Shown: positions 9,874 to 19,732 of the stretch, piece after piece | How the letters are laid out: every line of letters begins with the position of its first letter | How positions within the stretch are numbered: position 1 is the first letter of the stretch | Assembly: GCA_048939245.1 (NCBI GenBank) | Contig: JBHLPR010000001.1 | Span: 1-64,000 of the forward strand | Length of the DNA stretch: 64,000 nt | Direction of reading: 5' to 3' | Origin: Promethearchaeota archaeon | Lineage (GTDB): Archaea; Asgardarchaeota; Hermodarchaeia; Hermodarchaeales; Hermodarchaeaceae | Translations under genes and position numbers: made by a program | The notes under the pieces: model-generated | Seen by the model: only the letters and a program-made list of their open reading frames with translations | The model's database searches: none | What the model was told of the DNA's origin: nothing

Positions 9874-10078
9874 CAAGCTCCTTTTCTCAACGCTTCTTGT
9901 AGGCATAAGCTGCTGCTCCAAAGATAACCCGCACAAGAAGTCCACCTCGAAAAGAATAATCTTATTACTCTGTCCAACCTGCACTGCATCTCTTAAGAGA
10001 GATAAAGAATTCTGTCGAAATTGCGGTCTTGCCATTCACTAGGATCAGCAAGATATTGGGTCCATTTATATTATTCAG

Positions 10079-10558
10079 CTAAAATTCTGAGATGAACTTC
10101 GGTTGTTTTCGCCACACCAAGTAGGTTTCATACCAGAAAATACACATTGACATTAATCCAGGGAGCAAGGCAAAAACTGTAATGTAAGAAAAAACTGGCA
10201 ATAAAATCAGTGTACAGAAAATCATAATGGTGGTCATTATGATTGCGTATATGGCGTATATTGGGATAAAGTGATGTCCAAGAATAAGGAATGCCTTCAT
10301 TTCGCCAATCCTCTCTTTCTTACAAATTTGGTACTCACCATTTCGATGTTGAAGGATAAGCTTCATTTCCACGAGTCTTTTCAGATGAAAGATTGCAGCA
10401 TTTGGACTTGAGAAACCCATTACACGTTGTACTTGGCGGACTCCTGCCTTCTGTTGGGAACGTGATAGTAAATACCAATAGACTTTCAATGTATTGCGAT
10501 CTGGTACCTTTCGTTCCAAGGGTATTTTGCTCGATTTTATTTGAGCTTCCCTCATCAT
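10079..10558 (-). CDS. Winged-HTH protein with two C-terminal TM helices
   Basis: TLKVYWYLL...GVRQVQRVMGFSSPNAAIFHLKRLVEMKLI...NGEY followed by two hydrophobic helices. Confidence 0.8.
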   Translation of the reverse strand: MMREAQIKSSKIPLERKVPDRNTLKVYWYLLSRSQQKAGVRQVQRVMGFSSPNAAIFHLKRLVEMKLILQHRNGEYQICKKERIGEMKAFLILGHHFIPIYAIYAIIMTTIMIFCTLILLPVFSYITVFALLPGLMSMCIFWYETYLVWRKQPKFISEF

Positions 10559-10615
10559 GCTAGCTCCTCTGCTACAATCGGCATTATCTAGCTAAAACCG
10601 TATGAATGTTGTCTT

Positions 10616-12448
10616 TCATTGTGCTTCTTTGTTTCGTGTTTTTATTCGTCGAAGTTCAAATAGTGATAGTGTAAGGACAATAACGCCAAAAATAGCAATT
10701 GCGGTAATAAGGATGTTCCACAATAGTGCAGTTAGAGGCGGTGGGGGTGGTGGAGGGGGCGGAATAATGGGTCTTCCACTTAGAAACGCTATATAGAGTG
10801 GATCATGTTCAAGGGCATAGCCGTCCCACTGGGGATAATTCACACGATAGATTAAACTGCTATTTTCAAAGTTATAGTCACTGGCTAACGTAAGATTACT
10901 GATTTGCGGTAGCAAAGTGGTCAGAAATCCTCGGAAGGCGTTGAAGGGCTCACGGTATTGAACTGAATGAACATGAGGATGGACACTGGATGATGGACAT
11001 GCTGCTGATGGGGCAGGCAGCATATTAAGTGGCGTAGTATAGAGCGTATAGTTTTGATCAAAGAGAAGGTCATAATAATCCACAGCTGTCCCTGAAATCG
11101 TGGCATTCGTCATTTCTAAAATAGGGTCTCGTTGAGAGTCATATTCTGTTGAATTGATTACTACTCGTGGCGTGTCAGAACTAGCGAGCAGAATAGTGCT
11201 ATGAAGTGCTGTAAGACCTAATCCAGTATAAGCTACACCTACTGTAAAGTTTTCAAAGTCAATAACAGGACCTAGAGTAAGATCGGTTTTAAGGTGGGTG
11301 ACATTGTCCTGAATGAAGTAGTCATAGGAATATTCAAGATAATCAAGCCAAATTACGCCTGCAGTATCGCCTATTCCAGCAATGGGACCTTCAGGAAATT
11401 TAAGAAATCCCCAAACATCTTCATGGCGTAGGCTCCAATTATAATGCCAAACACCGTCTACTAGTATTTTCTGAACAGATGTGGGTGTAAAACCTGTAGA
11501 AATGTTGAGATCAAGATAATAGGAAGTTTCAGCAAAGCCAAGATCGTAATCGGCGTCGAGGATTCCATTCTGGTTTACATCATCAAAGAGTTCATAGACT
11601 AATAACAAATGACCGATTAGAAGCTCGTTTCCGTCAGGAGCTGTAAAATGCTGTCCTAAGAAATGAAAGGATGGAAAGTAGGTGTCATAGTCAGGGTTGA
11701 CACCTGTTATATATATGAGCTGGACGGTTCCCAAATTAACCCAAGTATACCAAAATCCTTCATCGATGTAGCCGCTTTCATACTCAGCACCAGTATTAAT
11801 TCCTTCTGTTGCTCCTCCAGGAATGTAACGCACTGCAATTTGGGCATTACCGCTTCCGGGATATACACCCTCATGGGCATAGAAGTATCTTATTCCCTCT
11901 TCTTCTGCTTTTATGACAATTGTTACATTTCGTGAATCAATTGCCTGGATCACAGCTGAGGTTATGTCAAGTCTAGGTGTGACATCACTCGACACTATTG
12001 TATCAACTGGTTGACTCGAAACCGATGCCCAAGGTGCATTATTCCAGGTAATTGTTTCCTCCGACCAACTATTATCGCTACACCAGTAGGCCCCTATACT
12101 CAATGTTGGGCTTTCAGGAAACGCAGGGTAATATTTGTGAAGTGACAACATGGCTTCCACAATGCCGTCACTTGGGCTAACGCTGGTAAGGTTGAATTTT
12201 AGAAAAATCGCCACTTCAATTCCTTCGGAAACGTTACGGTGTAATTCAAGGATATTGCCTGTGCCAAAATTAGTATCAGGGCTGTTCGCTACTACATTCG
12301 CATCACATTCAGTATGAGACCAAGCGGAAACATCCATTCGCCTACTTGTCGTCTTCCATTCCGGATTGGTAATAAATGGCATTACTGCAAGAAATAATGC
12401 TAAAACTAACCAGATTCCACGAGCTCTTTTATAATTTATACCCCTCAT
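10616..12448 (-). CDS. Cell-surface protein with DNRLRE/CBM96-like domain, poly-Pro linker and C-terminal TM
   Basis: Signal peptide; DANV...PDTNFG...FLKFNL...WSEETITWNNAP...DITSAV; P9 tract; TM plus basic tail. Confidence 0.8.
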   Translation of the reverse strand: MRGINYKRARGIWLVLALFLAVMPFITNPEWKTTSRRMDVSAWSHTECDANVVANSPDTNFGTGNILELHRNVSEGIEVAIFLKFNLTSVSPSDGIVEAMLSLHKYYPAFPESPTLSIGAYWCSDNSWSEETITWNNAPWASVSSQPVDTIVSSDVTPRLDITSAVIQAIDSRNVTIVIKAEEEGIRYFYAHEGVYPGSGNAQIAVRYIPGGATEGINTGAEYESGYIDEGFWYTWVNLGTVQLIYITGVNPDYDTYFPSFHFLGQHFTAPDGNELLIGHLLLVYELFDDVNQNGILDADYDLGFAETSYYLDLNISTGFTPTSVQKILVDGVWHYNWSLRHEDVWGFLKFPEGPIAGIGDTAGVIWLDYLEYSYDYFIQDNVTHLKTDLTLGPVIDFENFTVGVAYTGLGLTALHSTILLASSDTPRVVINSTEYDSQRDPILEMTNATISGTAVDYYDLLFDQNYTLYTTPLNMLPAPSAACPSSSVHPHVHSVQYREPFNAFRGFLTTLLPQISNLTLASDYNFENSSLIYRVNYPQWDGYALEHDPLYIAFLSGRPIIPPPPPPPPPLTALLWNILITAIAIFGVIVLTLSLFELRRIKTRNKEAQ

Positions 12449-12654
12449 GAAACCACTACTCTTTCAATTATCTGAGTACTATATTATTCAATGCCATTGA
12501 ACACCATCACTACCTGTTTGTGAAGGCTACAAGTCAGTGGACTGCTAGAACGAGTTAAGATAGAACGAATCCAACACCATTTACGCCAATCCTACATACC
12601 GCTACGTTAATTATCCAACTTTGAAAATCAAATTAGCTAAAAATTTTCCAAAGA

Positions 12655-13593
12655 TTAAGCGTCTGCTATGCCTTGCGCTATAATAGTGAAAAGAGCTTCG
12701 CCTTCAGGTAAGTAAGGTGAATCAATTAAGGTGGCAATTCGACGTTCAGCCTTACTCTTGCGAAGATAAATTCGAGTTTGTGCCGCGTGCGCCACGATGT
12801 GTCCGCCTGTTGGCCTATCCGGTGCCCCGAAGAAGACGTCTGGCTGCGCATGGACTTGGTTGGTGGTGACGACGGCGATGTTGCTGATTTCGGCGACGCG
12901 GAGGAGGTCGTGGAGGTGTTTGTTGAGTTTTTGTTGGCGTTCGGCGAGCATGCCGCGTCCGAGGTATTCGGCGCGGAAGTGGCCGATGAGGCTGTCGACG
13001 ATGAGGAGGCGGACTTCTTCGAATTGGGGGTTGTCTTGGATTTGTTGGACGAGGAGCATTTGGTGGTCGCTGTTGTAAGCGCGACCCACGATGATGTTTT
13101 TAAGAGCTTGGTTGGGTGGGATGTCTTTGGCTTGGGCCATGTTGATGATGCGTTCTGGACGGAAGGTGCCTTCGCTGTCGATGTAGGCGGCTTTGGCGCC
13201 ACAGCCACCTTGTTCGGCGGGGAGTTGGACGTTGACGGCGAGTTGGTGGCAGATTTGGGTTTTTCCCGAGCGGAATGCGCCGGCGAATTCGGTCATACTG
13301 CCTGTTTCTAGACCGCCGCCTAGGAGGGCGTCGAGTTCTCGGCTGTTGGTAGTGATGCGTTCGACGGTTTGGCGTTTCTTCCAGAGTTTGTCAGCGGTTT
13401 CAAGACCGATACTGGCGAGGCGTTGGGCGGATTCGATGATTTTTTGGGCGGTGCTAGCGCCGATGCCAGCGAGGCTGGTGAGTTCTTTAACGGAGGCGGC
13501 GGCGATTCCTTCGATGGTGCGGAAGCCGCATTCTTCGAGTTTTTGGGCGACGGTGGGTCCGACGCCTTCGATTTTTTCAAGTTCTGAGGGCAT
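12655..13593 (-). CDS. radA: DNA repair and recombination protein RadA
   Basis: N-terminal HhH; GAFRSGKTQ Walker A; YIDSEGTFRPERI; LLIVDS; ERQQKLNKHL; GGHIVAH. Confidence 0.97.
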   Translation of the reverse strand: MPSELEKIEGVGPTVAQKLEECGFRTIEGIAAASVKELTSLAGIGASTAQKIIESAQRLASIGLETADKLWKKRQTVERITTNSRELDALLGGGLETGSMTEFAGAFRSGKTQICHQLAVNVQLPAEQGGCGAKAAYIDSEGTFRPERIINMAQAKDIPPNQALKNIIVGRAYNSDHQMLLVQQIQDNPQFEEVRLLIVDSLIGHFRAEYLGRGMLAERQQKLNKHLHDLLRVAEISNIAVVTTNQVHAQPDVFFGAPDRPTGGHIVAHAAQTRIYLRKSKAERRIATLIDSPYLPEGEALFTIIAQGIADA

Positions 13594-13656
13594 GGTTCTT
13601 CCTTCCGAAGGGGCATGCGTACAGGTGTTATAGACACGTTGGGTGGGGAGACCTAA

Positions 13657-13678
13657 CCGAAAGTATTCGGATATATAA
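13657..13678 (-). promoter_or_regulatory. radA TATA box with adjacent palindrome
   Basis: Minus strand TTATATAT (13678-13671) immediately followed by CCGAA-tact-TTCGG (13670-13657). Confidence 0.55.
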
Positions 13679-13842
13679 CAGGGGGAGGTCCCGTGTGAAG
13701 TTGTGTGGGCGGTGTCCCCTATTATAGCTACTGGTTTTCTAAGGAAAGGCTCTACCCTAACGGTTCTCCTGCCCTGTTCCTTGATGGGACTTTATAATCC
13801 TTAGCCACCCCTCTATGAAAGTGAAAAGAAAACTGCGTTACT

Positions 13843-15696
13843 CTAGCCATTAACCATAGAGGATAGTTCAAGTTCTTTTAGTGCGGCCCTGGTGGGATGT
13901 CCTTCAGGATTGCATCCTCGTCGTTTATATAACTCGGTGAGTGATTCTTCAAAATCTTGATGGCTGATGAAGGCAGTATATCCTTTGGTGGGTCCATCAG
14001 GAATTGGCTCATTCATGAAGCGGTGAGGGAGTTTATCATATTGGCGAGCAGGTTCATCAAATTCTCGAATATTGAACATCCGTGCTAGTATCCATGTCCG
14101 GTTGGCGACTTCATTGACTGAATCTGCTGTGCATTTGATGCCTGTGACAACATTAAGAATCTTAGCACAGTCTTCGATTTCAAGCCTAGGTGCGATTGAA
14201 TGTGTGAAATGGCAGATGATGAGTGAGTCTTTGAGAATCTTAAGGTTCTGTTGTTCGATCAGTGAGTCAAGAACCGGTATCGCACCAGTTTCAGGAGGTT
14301 TCCTGGTTGATGGCCACCCTCGTAAATGGCTTGCCCCTGCGGCTGCTGTGGCATAGCTGAGTCCTAAACCGAGTTTTCCTCGGGGATCCCAAGCTGGATA
14401 TTCAAGGCCTTTGGTATGTAATGCTAGATTTTCTGCGGCTGCTCCGATGTCCTTAGCAAATCGTCGGACACCTTCTGCGAGGCTATTTCCAATGCCTTTT
14501 CGGGTGGCGATTTTCGAAACAAGCTGGATGACGTTCTTAGCTTCGCCAAATGTAATGGCTTCTGATTTTAGGTTATAAGGCAGCAGTTTCCGTTGAGTTA
14601 ATTCCATGAGGAATCCGATCACATTTCCTGTGCTAATTGTATCTAAACCTAACGTGTTGCATAAATGGTTCAATTGAATGATGGCCGTTATATCGCTGAT
14701 GCCCAAGTTTCCTCCCATAAGACCTAACGTTTCGTATTCAGGTATTGCGATTTTTCCCGTTTTCTCCATGGGTGCCCAGGGAAATTTTGGATCTTTGAAA
14801 GTCCAAGCACAACTAATCACGCACCCTTCACAGGGGGTTCTCCGTTTCTGTTCTCTAAATTCCGTTTCAATGGTTTCATCATCAATTTTCTCAAACGATT
14901 CGAAGTTGGCAGTTTGAAAATTGCGGGTGGGAAACATTCCTATGTTATTCGAGTAATCGACTAGCCACGGTGTGCCACGATAATGAAGCGAGTGTCCCCG
15001 TTCTTTCGCATTGCGTGCACGTTGGGCTAATTCAATCACCATCTCCCGTTCTTTTTCTACATCCGGCGTTACTATTCTCTTCTTTGGCCCTCGAATAGCA
15101 ATGGCTTTCAGGTTCTTTGCTCCAAATACTGCGCCTAATCCACCTCGCCCGAAATTCCGAAAATAATTGTGAGTTAAACAGGCGAATCGGACTAGATGCT
15201 CACCCGCCGGTCCCGTAGAAATGACTTGAGTTTTGGGGTCCGATTTCCGGAGTGCCCGTTCGGTTTCATGGATGGTAGTTCCCCAATACTTCTTCGCATC
15301 TTTAATTGCTACGACATCTTCGGTAATGTGTATCCAGACCGGTTTCTCCGCTTGTCCTTGAACCACAAGTAAGTCATATCCTACCCGTTTGAGTTCTGGA
15401 CCAAGGTAGCCACCCATGTTACTATCAAGATAAAGTTGCGTGAGGGGACTTTTGGAAATAGCAGAACATCGACCTGTTATAGGAATCCTTGTTCCTTGTG
15501 TAGGACCCGTTGCGAGGTAAAATCGATTTTCTGCCGTTAATGGATCAATCCGTGCTGGCACTTCTTTATAAAGATAATATGTTCCCAGTCCTTTTCCGCC
15601 AATAAACTGATGGAGCACTTTCTCAGGGATTTTTTCATCACGAATTGTTTGTGTGGTTAAATCAACCCGGAGAAGTTTGCCAATCCAACCATACAT
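13843..15696 (-). CDS. aor: Tungsten/molybdenum aldehyde:ferredoxin oxidoreductase family protein
   Basis: MYGWIGKLLRVDL start; KSPLT; GRGGLGAVFGAKNLKAI; CEGCVISC; EYET; GLDTISTG. Confidence 0.93.
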   Translation of the reverse strand: MYGWIGKLLRVDLTTQTIRDEKIPEKVLHQFIGGKGLGTYYLYKEVPARIDPLTAENRFYLATGPTQGTRIPITGRCSAISKSPLTQLYLDSNMGGYLGPELKRVGYDLLVVQGQAEKPVWIHITEDVVAIKDAKKYWGTTIHETERALRKSDPKTQVISTGPAGEHLVRFACLTHNYFRNFGRGGLGAVFGAKNLKAIAIRGPKKRIVTPDVEKEREMVIELAQRARNAKERGHSLHYRGTPWLVDYSNNIGMFPTRNFQTANFESFEKIDDETIETEFREQKRRTPCEGCVISCAWTFKDPKFPWAPMEKTGKIAIPEYETLGLMGGNLGISDITAIIQLNHLCNTLGLDTISTGNVIGFLMELTQRKLLPYNLKSEAITFGEAKNVIQLVSKIATRKGIGNSLAEGVRRFAKDIGAAAENLALHTKGLEYPAWDPRGKLGLGLSYATAAAGASHLRGWPSTRKPPETGAIPVLDSLIEQQNLKILKDSLIICHFTHSIAPRLEIEDCAKILNVVTGIKCTADSVNEVANRTWILARMFNIREFDEPARQYDKLPHRFMNEPIPDGPTKGYTAFISHQDFEESLTELYKRRGCNPEGHPTRAALKELELSSMVNG

Positions 15697-16036
15697 TGAA
15701 TTTTCGCTCCAATATCTGCCTGATACCACAAATAAGGATAAAATCTTACTGTATCTTTCAATCACGAGATAGTTCTCTGCTAGTCCACCAAACCTTTGAC
15801 ATATTCAGAGAACTTTGCTAGTGTTGCTTTTCTATAACAGCTTGTTGACATTAGACTAATAATCTGCAAAAAAATCTTTGATTCTGTTTTAGTAAGATTA
15901 TTTTCTCATTTGATGAGTCTCTTTTTTGGCTCTTATCATCCGCAATAATAAGGGATTTAAGGAATAACTATCCTTGTGTGACGGTATCGTAGCAGAAGCT
16001 ACGATTCGGAAAAACGCCAAGAGGTTTGAAACCACA

Positions 16037-17905
16037 TTGGAGCAAAAAACAGTATACAAAATTTTTGCTATATTGATTCTGGTTTCCCTGATACCAATGT
16101 TTCTGATATACGCTGGTCATGAACCCTTTCCCAACGCTGCTGCTGAACCTGTACAAGATGGCGAATGGAATCCTATCGGTCCTTATGCTGACAAGGTTAT
16201 CTTCCGCGTCATTGTCGGTGAAGATATTCAAACAGCGGCTCTTCTTTCTGGCCTAGTTGATCACCTAACCGACGACGTCCAACTCGATTACATTGAAGAA
16301 CTCGAGGGAGATCCGAATATCTACTTGTCAGAAACCGATCGTCTAGCGTTCGGTCACTTGACAATTAACTGTATTAACTATCCGTTTAGCATTGCCGCCC
16401 TTCGACGGGCATACGCCTACTGTTTTGATAAATTCCAAATGTCAAGCATTATGAAAGAGGGTGTAGGCTATGCTATCGACTCTCCCCTACCACCTTCTGC
16501 GGGTGCCTGGTATAATAACAATACCCAAAGTTTCAAGGAACCCAACGTTGCTGCTGCCATCGCTGAACTTGATGCAGCAGGCTTTGTCGACCTTGACGGG
16601 GATGGTATCCGAGAAGCCCCCAACGGCGATCCATTCATACTGGATGTCTGGTACGGTGCATCTGCACCTCAATGGGGTGCCGCGTTCACTGCCCAGGAAA
16701 CCCGCTGTACTGAAGCAGGTCTGGCAATCACAACATCACCGATTGACTGGACCTATCTTTCTGGAACCCTACTTCACCAAATTCCACGACCCTACGATGC
16801 TGTATCTTATGCATGGCTAACGGGCACCAATCCGCTCATCCTTGAGACCTGGAACACTGAAAACATTCCCAATCCTAACGGAAATGGCTGCAACTGGAGC
16901 AACGCCAGCTATGACGCTGCAATTGATGTCATGATGACTGCTCCTGATTACGAAACTGTTCTAGCGGCTGCCCACCTTGCTCAAGACATCATCGTCGACC
17001 AATGTCCTATTATCCCATTCTACAGCAACTACATTATCAACGGTCAACGCATTGATCGTTGGGACCAAGATTCCTTTGTTGTTGCCACAGGTTGGGGTAC
17101 CGCTACCATGAACCGCTGGAATCCTCGTACAGTTCGGCTGCGAGAAGGTGATCCAGAGCGTGATCCTGTTACTGGTTGTGGTGGTACTTTCACCTCCCAA
17201 ATTGGTTCGGCTATAACTGGACAGAATCCTTTGACCTCACAGGATGCGGTAACTAACTACGTTATGTACCAGATTTATCCTGAAGGGCTCACCGGTTATG
17301 ATCCCATTAACCACATTGATAGTACTAATGGTGGTCTTGCTTGGGAGTGGTCAACCACAGAACTCGCAGATGGAATGCAGTATGACTTCACCCTTGTGGG
17401 AAGTGACGCAGATCATCCTGCTGCATACTGGCATGACATGGGTGGCGAGTATGGTGGTATGGTTACTGCCTACGACGTCGAATTCACCTACAACTACATC
17501 GCTGATAATAACATCCCATTATATTTGACAAACATTCAGTATCTCGAATCCGTAGAAGCTATTGATGAATGGCACGTTCGGATAATTAGTAATACGAAGA
17601 GCTATTGGTCCTTTGACTACCTGAGTGGCTGGAATATTCTCCCAATGCACATCTGGGAAGATGTTATCGGTCCAACCACCTTTACGAACCCACGACCCGT
17701 TGGATACGGACCTTACAAATGGGATCAACGACTTGAAGGTGAATACATCCAGATGGTCTTCTGGGAGAATTACCACTATGGAATAGAAGGTCACACTCTG
17801 AGAGAAGAAGAAGCACCAAGTTATCTCCTCCTCTACATTGCAGTTGGAGTACTTGTCATCGTTGTTGTTCTTCTCGGCAGTGTCTGGTATCTCCGGAAAA
17901 CATAG
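16037..17905 (+). CDS. Family-5 (peptide/nickel) ABC solute-binding protein, apparently circularly permuted, C-terminal TM anchor
   Basis: GPYADKVIF, LRRAYAY, WHD..VTAYDVEFT, GYGPYK; signal peptide from TTG 16037; C-terminal TM. Confidence 0.85.
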   Translation: MEQKTVYKIFAILILVSLIPMFLIYAGHEPFPNAAAEPVQDGEWNPIGPYADKVIFRVIVGEDIQTAALLSGLVDHLTDDVQLDYIEELEGDPNIYLSETDRLAFGHLTINCINYPFSIAALRRAYAYCFDKFQMSSIMKEGVGYAIDSPLPPSAGAWYNNNTQSFKEPNVAAAIAELDAAGFVDLDGDGIREAPNGDPFILDVWYGASAPQWGAAFTAQETRCTEAGLAITTSPIDWTYLSGTLLHQIPRPYDAVSYAWLTGTNPLILETWNTENIPNPNGNGCNWSNASYDAAIDVMMTAPDYETVLAAAHLAQDIIVDQCPIIPFYSNYIINGQRIDRWDQDSFVVATGWGTATMNRWNPRTVRLREGDPERDPVTGCGGTFTSQIGSAITGQNPLTSQDAVTNYVMYQIYPEGLTGYDPINHIDSTNGGLAWEWSTTELADGMQYDFTLVGSDADHPAAYWHDMGGEYGGMVTAYDVEFTYNYIADNNIPLYLTNIQYLESVEAIDEWHVRIISNTKSYWSFDYLSGWNILPMHIWEDVIGPTTFTNPRPVGYGPYKWDQRLEGEYIQMVFWENYHYGIEGHTLREEEAPSYLLLYIAVGVLVIVVVLLGSVWYLRKT

Positions 17906-17928
17906 AGGAACAGTTACCCTCTCAAAAT

Positions 17929-17966
17929 AGGTGCCAATCTGGCACCTCCCTTCTCTTTTTTTCTTT
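17929..17966 (+). terminator. Hairpin plus T-tract terminator
   Basis: aggtgcca-atc-tggcacct followed by ttctctttttttcttt, just after the SBP stop. Confidence 0.65.
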
Positions 17967-18100
17967 GCCCTTTAAGTCACTAGTGTTGAAATCTCAGAAA
18001 GTAGGGATATGCCACTTTCGGTAATATTATAGCTTGAATTATTGATGATGGCTCCATTAATCAAGAAACCTTACCCGAAAGCAATCAGGATGAAATCTCA

Positions 18101-19000
18101 ATGGCTGAAGAAGCAACACAGATGGGCTGGCGAAATCGGTTGGTTTATCTTTCTCCTCCGATTTTTTCGATGCTTTTTTCACTAATCATTACTTCAATCA
18201 TACTGCTCGCAAATCCCCTTTTGGGACCAGGTATTTTCCCTCCGGTGACGGACCCTTTTGAAAGCCTATTGGTTCTGTTAATCATTGGTTTTGTTGGAGG
18301 CTTAGCGACTTTTGTAACCTACATCATATTTCAAAGAGGAAGCGAAAGGCTTCATCGAATTATTATCGCGGCATTCCTTTCTCCACTCTTCTTTATCCTC
18401 ACAGTATTTATTGGTCAAGCCATCTTTTTGCTCCTGCTTTTTCAAGGTCTAAACTATCTCCATTTGTCCCTTATCGCGATGGCATCCATAATGTTCTCCG
18501 CTTTCGCGATTGTGTTTATCTTTTCGGATGCCCTTGGGCTAACTGCTCGCAATGTACTCTTTGCGGGTTATGGGATTATCCTCGGAGTATTTGTGGCAAC
18601 CAACTTCACTTGGGTAATCTCTCTCGCCATCCTTATCATTTTAGCAATCCAAGATACATTCTTTGCGATTCGACTTGGACCCACCATAGTTGAGGGTGAC
18701 CCAAAACGACATGCTCGAACAGCCTTTACATTCGTTATAGGCCCTTTAATCATCGGAGTTGGTGATCTCATTGTCTATGCAGCATTAGTGGCCTATTCAC
18801 TAAGGTATCTTGGCTTCTTGATTTCAGGACTAACACTTATTGCTATAACCTTCGGTTGTATCATAAATACACAAATCGTTGTCAAATATCCGAATAAGCC
18901 AATACCTGGATTACCTGTACCCTTAATATGCGCCCTCGTTCCTATTGGGGTAGGGCTAGCCTTTTCCCTAATCTTCGGAATTATGATTCTGCCTTTCTGA
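18101..19000 (+). CDS. Presenilin/SPP-like GxGD intramembrane aspartyl protease
   Basis: About 9 TM helices; TM6 Asp in QD; GVGD; PGLP (PAL-like). Confidence 0.8.
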   Translation: MAEEATQMGWRNRLVYLSPPIFSMLFSLIITSIILLANPLLGPGIFPPVTDPFESLLVLLIIGFVGGLATFVTYIIFQRGSERLHRIIIAAFLSPLFFILTVFIGQAIFLLLLFQGLNYLHLSLIAMASIMFSAFAIVFIFSDALGLTARNVLFAGYGIILGVFVATNFTWVISLAILIILAIQDTFFAIRLGPTIVEGDPKRHARTAFTFVIGPLIIGVGDLIVYAALVAYSLRYLGFLISGLTLIAITFGCIINTQIVVKYPNKPIPGLPVPLICALVPIGVGLAFSLIFGIMILPF

Positions 19001-19109
19001 AATTAGTACCCTTCATTTTCTAACAATATGGGAAGAAATAGAGAATTCTGAACGAAACCTTTATGCTTCTTTATCGTATGTATCGCTTAGGGAAAAACCT
19101 GGGAAGGGT

Positions 19110-19700
19110 GTGACCGTGTCAGAGAAACTGGCTCCAACAGATGTCCATGAACGTTTCAAAGAGAGGCCCACTGACTTTGGCTTAAAAGTGGTCATGATGG
19201 GCGATGGAGCCGTAGGTAAAACCTCTCTGGTCCTCCGTTACACACAAAACACGTTCTCACCAGAATATAAACAATCACTAGGCGCTAGTTTTGCAGTGAA
19301 AGATCTGGAAGTGCAAGAACAAAAAGTCAAATTGGTGATTTGGGATGTCGCCGGACAGCCCTCATTTCGACAAGTCCGACGGCACTATTATAGTGGTGCT
19401 CACGGGGCGCTTCTCGTCTTTGATGTTTCAGAGCCCAGCTCCTTTATGACTCTTCGGAATTGGTATAGTGATTTTCGCCGTATTGTTCCAAATGGCGCTG
19501 TCGTCCTCATTGGGAACAAAGTGGATTTAGCGGAGAAACGAATGGTCCCCCCCGAAGCGGCTCAAATGTTAAAAAACTGGTGGAATATCCCCTACATTGA
19601 AACATCCGCTGCTACTGCTTCTGGTGTTCAAGATGCATTCCTCCTTCTCTCCAACCACGCGTTAACTCGTGCATTTAGCCAAATCCAAAATCGCGAGTAG
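19110..19700 (+). CDS. Rab-like small GTPase
   Basis: GDGAVGKT, WDVAGQ, NKVD, ETSA. Confidence 0.93.
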   Translation: MTVSEKLAPTDVHERFKERPTDFGLKVVMMGDGAVGKTSLVLRYTQNTFSPEYKQSLGASFAVKDLEVQEQKVKLVIWDVAGQPSFRQVRRHYYSGAHGALLVFDVSEPSSFMTLRNWYSDFRRIVPNGAVVLIGNKVDLAEKRMVPPEAAQMLKNWWNIPYIETSAATASGVQDAFLLLSNHALTRAFSQIQNRE

Positions 19701-19732
19701 TCCGCTTCAGTTTAGCTCTATTTCTCGTTTTC

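Noticed and set aside
9829-10035. 68-aa minus-strand ORF
   Set aside because: No motif; the opposite strand carries a clearer zinc-ribbon signal.
12726-13637. Several long overlapping/antisense ORFs over radA
   Set aside because: Shadows of the C/A-ending codon bias; low-complexity translations with no motifs.
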